Positions 6,547-11,700 of a stretch of DNA of 11,700 nucleotides are shown here, piece by piece; position 1 is the stretch's first letter, and every line of letters starts with the position of its first letter. The position numbers and the translations under genes are program-made. Source of the DNA: Candidatus Heimdallarchaeota archaeon. GTDB lineage: Archaea; Asgardarchaeota; Heimdallarchaeia; Heimdallarchaeales; Heimdallarchaeaceae. The stretch covers positions 1-11,700 of the forward strand of contig DXJF01000006.1 of NCBI GenBank assembly GCA_019057375.1, in the 5' to 3' direction. A model generated the notes under the pieces. It did not search any database. It had not been told where the DNA came from and saw nothing but the letters and a program-made list of their open reading frames with translations.

Positions 6547-7539
6547 ATGAAAGCAATAGTATATGAAAAATACGGTCTTCCGGAAGTTCTTCAACTCAAA
6601 GAAGTAGACAGACCTACCCCGAAAGATAATGAAATACTGATAAGAGTATATGCTACAACTGTAACTTTATACGACTGTTGGGCACGAAGTTGTACAGCCC
6701 CTCCTGGCTTAGGGCTTATGAGCAGACTAGCGTCTGGTATCAAAGAACCAAAACAACCCATACTAGGGACTGAGCTAGCTGGGGAAATTGAAGTCGTAGG
6801 CAAGGATGTGAAACGGTTTAAGAAAGGAGATCAAGTATTTGGATCTATAGCAATGAGTTTAGGTGCTTATGCTGAGTATATTTGTTTATCTGAAGACAGA
6901 GCACTGGCACTAAAACCTGACAATATGACCTACGAGGAAGCTGCAGCTGTTCCACAAGGGGCATTAACAGCTTTGTATTTTCTAAGAAAAGTCAATATTC
7001 AGAGCGGACAAAAAATACTTATCTTTGGTGCTTCTGGAGGTGTAGGTGGTTTTGCAGTACAATTTGCTAAGTACTTCGGAGCAGAAGTTACCGGGGTATG
7101 CAGCACCAAAAAAATAGATTATGTAAAATCTCTGGGAGCTGATAAGGTCATTGATTATACTCAAGAAGATTTTACCAAAAACGGTGAGACCTATGATGTT
7201 ATTTTTGATACTGTAGGCAAGAGTTCAGTTTCACGAAGTAAAAAATCGCTAAAGAAAAAAGGGTATTATCTTTTTACAACCTTTGGGCTGCCAAAACTTC
7301 TTCAGATTCTATGGCTTAATTTGACAAGCCGCAAGAAAGCAATAATTGGACTCTTAGAAGAGAGAACTGAAGATTTAATTTTCATTAAAGAGCTTATTGA
7401 GACAGGGAAGATCAAGTCGATCATTGATAGAAGCTTTCCAATGGACAAAGCTTCTGAAGCTCATGATTATGTCGAAAAAGGGCTCAAAAAGGGACATGTA
7501 GTCCTAATAGTGAAACAAAGTAACAATACTATACATTGA
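6547..7539 (+). CDS. Zn-independent medium-chain dehydrogenase/reductase (NAD(P)-dependent alcohol dehydrogenase / quinone oxidoreductase-like)
   Basis: [10 protein letters not shown] start with GAGGA RBS at 6536..6540. [12 protein letters not shown] motif, GASGGVG nucleotide-binding loop and ADKVIDY; catalytic and structural Zn ligand sets are absent. Confidence 0.92.
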   Translation: MKAIVYEKYGLPEVLQLKEVDRPTPKDNEILIRVYATTVTLYDCWARSCTAPPGLGLMSRLASGIKEPKQPILGTELAGEIEVVGKDVKRFKKGDQVFGSIAMSLGAYAEYICLSEDRALALKPDNMTYEEAAAVPQGALTALYFLRKVNIQSGQKILIFGASGGVGGFAVQFAKYFGAEVTGVCSTKKIDYVKSLGADKVIDYTQEDFTKNGETYDVIFDTVGKSSVSRSKKSLKKKGYYLFTTFGLPKLLQILWLNLTSRKKAIIGLLEERTEDLIFIKELIETGKIKSIIDRSFPMDKASEAHDYVEKGLKKGHVVLIVKQSNNTIH

Positions 7540-7565
7540 AAAAATATCTAATGAGGTAATGAAAA

Positions 7566-7733
7566 ATGAAAGGAACTAAAAAGCATACTGTTCATGTAGA
7601 AAACATCTCTAAATCTAATGGAGATAGCAAAGTTTTACAAACTTCCCTTCATTTTCCTATAAATGACGATGACAAAATTAAAAGATATCAAACAAAATGT
7701 ACTGAACTTCAAAACAAACAAAGGGTGAAATGA
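7566..7733 (+). pseudogene. 55-aa ORF whose N-terminus resembles the start of an ABC-transporter ATPase (possible 5' remnant)
   Basis: GAGGT RBS 8 nt upstream. TVHVENISKSNGDSKVLQ resembles the I-x-V-E-N-L-S-K-S-[YF]-G-D-x-K-V-L start of ABC ATPases, but no Walker A follows. Confidence 0.35.
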
Positions 7734-7913
7734 ATGAATAAAAATGATTTATTTTATATTACATTGATTATTCTTGGTTTTCTAGCTACTGGAGTAATAC
7801 TCGTAATCTTTGCACCTACAATATATTGGTTAGGTATTGTAACCATATTTGTAGCAGCAGTAATTGCATTATGGGTATTATCAATAGTTTTAATCAAGAA
7901 GAAAAATGTCTAA
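7734..7913 (+). CDS. Small two-TM membrane peptide, copy 2 (59 aa, MNKNDLFYITL...IKKKNV)
   Basis: Missed by the ORF track, apparently because it is under 60 aa. GGTGA RBS upstream. 31/58 identical to 2419..2595. Confidence 0.85.
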   Translation: MNKNDLFYITLIILGFLATGVILVIFAPTIYWLGIVTIFVAAVIALWVLSIVLIKKKNV

Positions 7914-7970
7914 CAATTTTAAGAGAGTCAAAATATTAGATATCAATCTATTAAACTTTAGAGGAAAATT

Positions 7971-8004
7971 GAAGGGCATCGAAACTGATGCCTTTTCTTT
8001 TTTT
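7971..8004 (+). terminator. Hairpin plus U-tract intrinsic terminator candidate
   Basis: GAAGGGCATC-GAAACT-GATGCCTTTT forms a 10-bp stem with two G-U pairs, followed by CTTTTTTT. It lies downstream of the + strand gene run. Confidence 0.7.
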
Positions 8005-8118
8005 GTTTATTCTTTTGAAATTATTCTTTGAATCTTTTTCATTCTGATTTAACCTGTTAATCTAGGCCATGAAAAATGGAGAAACTAAAAACCATCAAAT
8101 GACTTTATATTAGATAAT

Positions 8119-9630
8119 TTAAGGAGTAAGAGTTACAAATTCTTTCTTGTCTTTATGACAGATAATCTGAATCACATTACGTCCGGAAATAGCTACTTTA
8201 GGTAAACTACCACCTGGTTCAACCCATTGACCCACCATATAAAAATTCTTGAGTCCCGGTAGTGTTTTTTTCAATCTCATCCTCAGAGTTTTTGTTGTTT
8301 CTTGCCAACCTTGAAAGCTACCTTTCCAGTTACTAGTATATCTTTCCCAAGTCGTGGCTGTTGCTACATCACTCATCTCCACTTTAGCAGCTAAACCTGG
8401 GAAGCGTTTATCTAGTGAAGCTATCACATCTTCTACGATCTGTTTCTTTTCTGTTTTATAGCGTTCAGGATTCTGCTTGAGGGTTTTCCAGTACTCATAA
8501 TCTGAAGCATACATTACTCTTACAAATGTCTTACCCGCTGGTGCAAGAGTAGGATCGAAATTGTAAAACTGTACACTCATTCTCTTCTGTTCTTGTCCGC
8601 CAATAATAATCGATTCATCGAGGGGGAAGTCTATTCCAGTTACTGTTTGCGGGATCTCCTCGAACGAATGAGCTACACCCAAACTAACATACACTAAGGG
8701 TCGATAGAGAGTGAATTTATCGTAATAATCTTGGATTCTTTTGTTGACATACTTCCCCTCTAACATATCAAAAATGGTAGTATGACCATTAGCAGCAGAG
8801 ATGATAATGTCACTTCGATACTCGCTACCATCAGTTAGCTTAACACCAACTGCTTTATCATTTTCCACTAAAATTTTACTAATTTTTGATTTGTAGTTTA
8901 TCTTCCCCCCCAAATCTAGATAACGCTGAGCGATGGCTTTTGAAAACTCTAGAGAACCACCTATTGGGTAACCTGCTGTTTTTTGATCCACCCATGAAAG
9001 AGTCATAAGAACAGCCAATATTGGAAAATCAAGGGGATTTTGGAGATTAAATATTAATGGGAAGGTTTGCTTAAGAAATGGATTTGTAAATCGTTGAACA
9101 ACGTCTTTGATTGTTTTATTACCCCATTTTCTGAAAAAGCTTGCATAGGGGAACATACTAGATATTATTTTGAGTCTATCAATTGGAGTTAATAGTTCAG
9201 GAGCTTTTTCCCAAGGTATTGGAAAATCTTTGCTCTTATGAATCGCTTTGATAAACTCATCAATAACATCCTTATCTTCAGGAGCAAGTTCTTTCATATG
9301 CTGTTCCAAGCGATCAATCTCAGAGTAGACAATAAATACTTCATCATCTGAACCTTCAATCCGTGCGTACTCTTTATGATCAACCATAGACCAATCTTTC
9401 ACCAAATCAAGTTCTTCCCATAAGCGGTAGAAACGAGTTCCTGGACGGGTTCCTGTAACCCAATGAGCACAACCATCAATTGTATAACCTTTTCGTTTCC
9501 AGGATGTACAAACTCCACCAGGCAAATTATGCATCTCAAAAATTTGTGTGTTGTAACCATTAATCTGACCATGACATCCTGCAAATAAACCAGCAACTCC
9601 TGCTCCAATTATCGATATAGATTTCTTCAT
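8119..9630 (-). CDS. FAD-dependent oxidoreductase, phytoene desaturase (CrtI-like, COG1233) family
   Basis: IIGAGVAG Rossmann motif, E-x-H-x-x-PGG-x-CTSWKRKGYTIDG, YPIGGS, ATATTWERYT and LKNFYMVGQWVEPGGSLP. GAGGA RBS upstream. Substrate unknown. Confidence 0.9.
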   Translation of the reverse strand: MKKSISIIGAGVAGLFAGCHGQINGYNTQIFEMHNLPGGVCTSWKRKGYTIDGCAHWVTGTRPGTRFYRLWEELDLVKDWSMVDHKEYARIEGSDDEVFIVYSEIDRLEQHMKELAPEDKDVIDEFIKAIHKSKDFPIPWEKAPELLTPIDRLKIISSMFPYASFFRKWGNKTIKDVVQRFTNPFLKQTFPLIFNLQNPLDFPILAVLMTLSWVDQKTAGYPIGGSLEFSKAIAQRYLDLGGKINYKSKISKILVENDKAVGVKLTDGSEYRSDIIISAANGHTTIFDMLEGKYVNKRIQDYYDKFTLYRPLVYVSLGVAHSFEEIPQTVTGIDFPLDESIIIGGQEQKRMSVQFYNFDPTLAPAGKTFVRVMYASDYEYWKTLKQNPERYKTEKKQIVEDVIASLDKRFPGLAAKVEMSDVATATTWERYTSNWKGSFQGWQETTKTLRMRLKKTLPGLKNFYMVGQWVEPGGSLPKVAISGRNVIQIICHKDKKEFVTLTP

Positions 9631-9750
9631 GAGTTGTCCTCAGATATTTCTAATATGCAAAAAACGTCTTTCTATTTATTTAATTCTTTCCACAAACAAT
9701 GTTGTAACAATTTTAGGAGAGGTTGATCTAAATTCATAAGAAATATGAAG

Positions 9751-9881
9751 AACCATACTCAATTTACTTGCTTCTAGTAGGAATCACAATTGTACTAATT
9801 GCAGGATTCTTGTTGGGAAGAAAACAAGGACTTCTAGAAACTATAGAAATAGAAAAAGAACTAGAAAACACTCAAATCTAG
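9751..9881 (+). pseudogene. 3'-end remnant of a paralog of the DMT transporter at 1433..2329
   Basis: Translates PYSIYLLLVGITIVLIAGFLLGRKQGLLETIEIEKELENTQI*, with 25/29 identity over YSIY...LLET. The frame is closed upstream by TAA 9729..9731 and has no start codon. Confidence 0.88.
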
Positions 9882-9925
9882 AATAGGTTTAAAAGTGTCT
9901 GTTGGTGGTTTCTATTGAATTAATC

Positions 9926-10864
9926 ATGAAAAAGATTAGATTTGGGAAATCAAATTTAAAGGTTTCAGAAATTGGTCTAGGTACTCTAACTTTTGGTCAT
10001 CCAACAAAAGGTATTCAAGATTTTGATGAAATAAAGAAAATACTTAATCATGCTCTTGATAATGGAATAAATTTCCTTGATACTGCTGAAGAATATGCAG
10101 GAGGATTATGTGAAAAATACATTGGAAAGATTATCAAAGAAAGAGGGGATAGAGAGGATATCATTATTGAAACTAAAGCTGCACCTATAAACTGTGGATA
10201 TAAAGAATTAAAGAAAGCATGTAATAATAGTTTAGAAAGACTTCAGACTGATTATATAGATATTTATCTTTTACATTGGCCTTGGTGTTATTATCCAGCG
10301 AAAGAGACGGCAAAAGCTTTGGATGAGCTTTTAGAAGAAGGAAAAATAAGATATGCAGGGGTCTCAAATTATCAAAACCAATTAGTTGAAGAATTAATGA
10401 AATTTCTTGAAAATGGGGAGATAATTACAAATCAACTATCGTATAGTCTTGTTAGTAGAAGTATAGAAAAAGAAATCCTACCTTTCTCAAAGAAAATGGG
10501 GATACAAGTAACTGCTTGGAGTCCATTGGAAAGTGGATTTTTAACAGGAAAATACAATGAGAAAAGTGAATTTGAGAAAAATGATTTTAGAAACAATATA
10601 GCATTGTTTCAAACAAAAGAAAATTTTATTCAAGCTAAACCTTTGTTTGATTTTATGGAAACTCTTTCAAAAAAATATGATGCTAACCTATCACAGATTG
10701 CTTTGAATTGGATTATAAACAAAGAACAGTTAATGCCTATTCCTGGTGCAAAGAATGTAAAGCAAGTTGAAAGCAATATAAATTCAACAATGTTTCAGCT
10801 TACAAATGATGAAATAAAAGAACTATCTAATTTAACCCAAAATATGGACTTATGGATATATTAG
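9926..10864 (+). CDS. Aldo/keto reductase
   Basis: GLGTLTFG, FLDTAEEY (Asp/Tyr), ETK (Lys), LLHWP (His), GVSNY, AWSPL and PIPGAK motifs. ATG 9926 lies about 31 nt after TTTAAAAG (9888..9895) and is preferred over TTG 9902. Confidence 0.93.
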   Translation: MKKIRFGKSNLKVSEIGLGTLTFGHPTKGIQDFDEIKKILNHALDNGINFLDTAEEYAGGLCEKYIGKIIKERGDREDIIIETKAAPINCGYKELKKACNNSLERLQTDYIDIYLLHWPWCYYPAKETAKALDELLEEGKIRYAGVSNYQNQLVEELMKFLENGEIITNQLSYSLVSRSIEKEILPFSKKMGIQVTAWSPLESGFLTGKYNEKSEFEKNDFRNNIALFQTKENFIQAKPLFDFMETLSKKYDANLSQIALNWIINKEQLMPIPGAKNVKQVESNINSTMFQLTNDEIKELSNLTQNMDLWIY

Positions 10865-11004
10865 AACATAAATCATGTTTTGAGTATAGTTTATTTTTTG
10901 TAATTTTTAATAGCTTCTTCTTTACCAGGTTCAAACCTTCAAAAAGAAGAGTAGTTATAACCTAGTTGTCTAATGTATCTACCATCTGGTATATTATTTT
11001 GGTT

Positions 11005-11700
11005 TTACAGTTCTTCGATAGTCTCCTTAAATATCACATTTCTCTTCCGTAAGTATTCAATAACTTGGTGATAGACTTCTGAATGTTTTCCTAATAGTTC
11101 TGGAGGAATGATTCCTTTTTCTTTGAATTTTCCTTCAAGTACAATTTGAGCAACAGCTGTACAAGTATATCCTGTTGTTCTTGCTATAGATAAAATGCGC
11201 TTCTCTCTATCGTACTTATCAAGCATATCATAAGTATAACGTAGTTTCTTGTCATCTTTCATTCCTTCAATAACTATCTTCATAATAGTATGATCTTCAT
11301 CTCCCTCTTCAAACATCCAATGATCAAGTAGAAGTTTACCTGTTAGCTCAATTGGTTTGATTTTTTTTCCTTTTACATCAACTTCCTCTGTATTGAGGAA
11401 TCCTGCTTCTATTAGCATTTGCATCTTTTCTATATGACCAGGATATCTCAGTGTTTTTTCTTTCATGAAAGGGATATCCATTGTCTTGATTAGAGTTCTA
11501 CGACCATCAGTATTGATGGCTACTAGAGTTCCTACTTCTGGAAAATCTAATAATTTAAGTTCAGATAAAGCTGGTTTAACAACTATCTCACTATTCTCAA
11601 TATATCTCGCTAATAGGATATAATCCTCGATTACCTCAATGGGTGGATAAGGTGATTTATAATCAAAAAGCCAGTTTCTTTCTACCGGTAATCCCCCAAC
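11005..11700 (-). CDS. Saccharopine dehydrogenase / lysine 6-dehydrogenase family, C-terminal part (5' end outside the window)
   Basis: The frame is open to the window edge: VGGLPVERNWLFDYKSPYPPIEVIEDY...NTDGRRTLIKTMDIPFMKEKTLRYPGH...IARTTGY...GIIPPE. Confidence 0.88.
   Translation of the reverse strand, partial: VGGLPVERNWLFDYKSPYPPIEVIEDYILLARYIENSEIVVKPALSELKLLDFPEVGTLVAINTDGRRTLIKTMDIPFMKEKTLRYPGHIEKMQMLIEAGFLNTEEVDVKGKKIKPIELTGKLLLDHWMFEEGDEDHTIMKIVIEGMKDDKKLRYTYDMLDKYDREKRILSIARTTGYTCTAVAQIVLEGKFKEKGIIPPELLGKHSEVYHQVIEYLRKRNVIFKETIEEL

Noticed and set aside
6591-7164. Minus-strand ORFs 6591..6803 and 6982..7164
   Set aside because: Antisense shadows of the MDR gene.
7907-7941. GTCTAAC...ATTAGAT imperfect hairpin resembling an integron attC site
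   Set aside because: Only about 35 bp, R' is not GTTRRRY, it is not repeated after other genes, genes have their own promoters in mixed orientation, and no integrase is present.
7731-7996. In-frame TGA-ATG junction plus downstream hairpin as possible selenocysteine readthrough with a SECIS element
   Set aside because: The hairpin lacks a 3' GA for a kink-turn core and is followed by a U tract. The paralog peptide starts at the same Met with its own RBS, so a simple stop and restart explains it.
9399-9608. 69-aa alternate-frame ORF
   Set aside because: Lies within the FAD oxidoreductase N-terminus in another frame, with no independent support.
10185-10367. 60-aa minus-strand ORF
   Set aside because: Antisense shadow of the aldo/keto reductase gene.
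10891-11004. In-frame continuation after the dehydrogenase stop (NQNNIPDGRYIRQLGYNYSSF*RFEPGKEEAIKNYKK*) as a readthrough or another remnant
   Set aside because: Interrupted by TGA, has no match within the window and no recognisable family, so it cannot be supported without a database search.
1-11700. CRISPR array, tRNA/rRNA, IS element or terminal inverted repeats
   Set aside because: No regularly spaced repeats, no cloverleaf or rRNA-like GC-rich segments, and no transposase ORF were seen.

Overview
AT-rich accessory and metabolic region with archaeal signals: TTTA[A/T]ATA-type TATA boxes, GGTGA/GAGGA ribosome-binding sites and winged-helix regulators. An Asgard (Heimdall-like) origin is plausible but is inference only. 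Recognisable genes are a NIPA-like DMT transporter, a stand-alone condensation-domain (HHxxxDG) acyltransferase, a regulator with two fused GbsR/MarR-like wHTH domains, an ArsR-like wHTH regulator, a Zn-independent MDR oxidoreductase, a phytoene-desaturase-family FAD oxidoreductase, an aldo/keto reductase and the 3' part of a saccharopine/lysine-6-dehydrogenase-family gene. Reading outside the ORF track shows that four gene families each occur twice in 10 kb. These are (i) tandem paralogs of an unannotated 4-TM Cys/His-rich membrane protein, (ii) two paralogous ~58-aa two-TM peptides, (iii) the MDR gene plus a 3'-end remnant of another MDR paralog, and (iv) the DMT gene plus a 3'-end remnant of another DMT paralog. 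A 47-bp inverted repeat contains both TATA boxes of the acyltransferase/regulator divergent promoter. No rRNA, tRNA, CRISPR array, transposase or integrase was seen.
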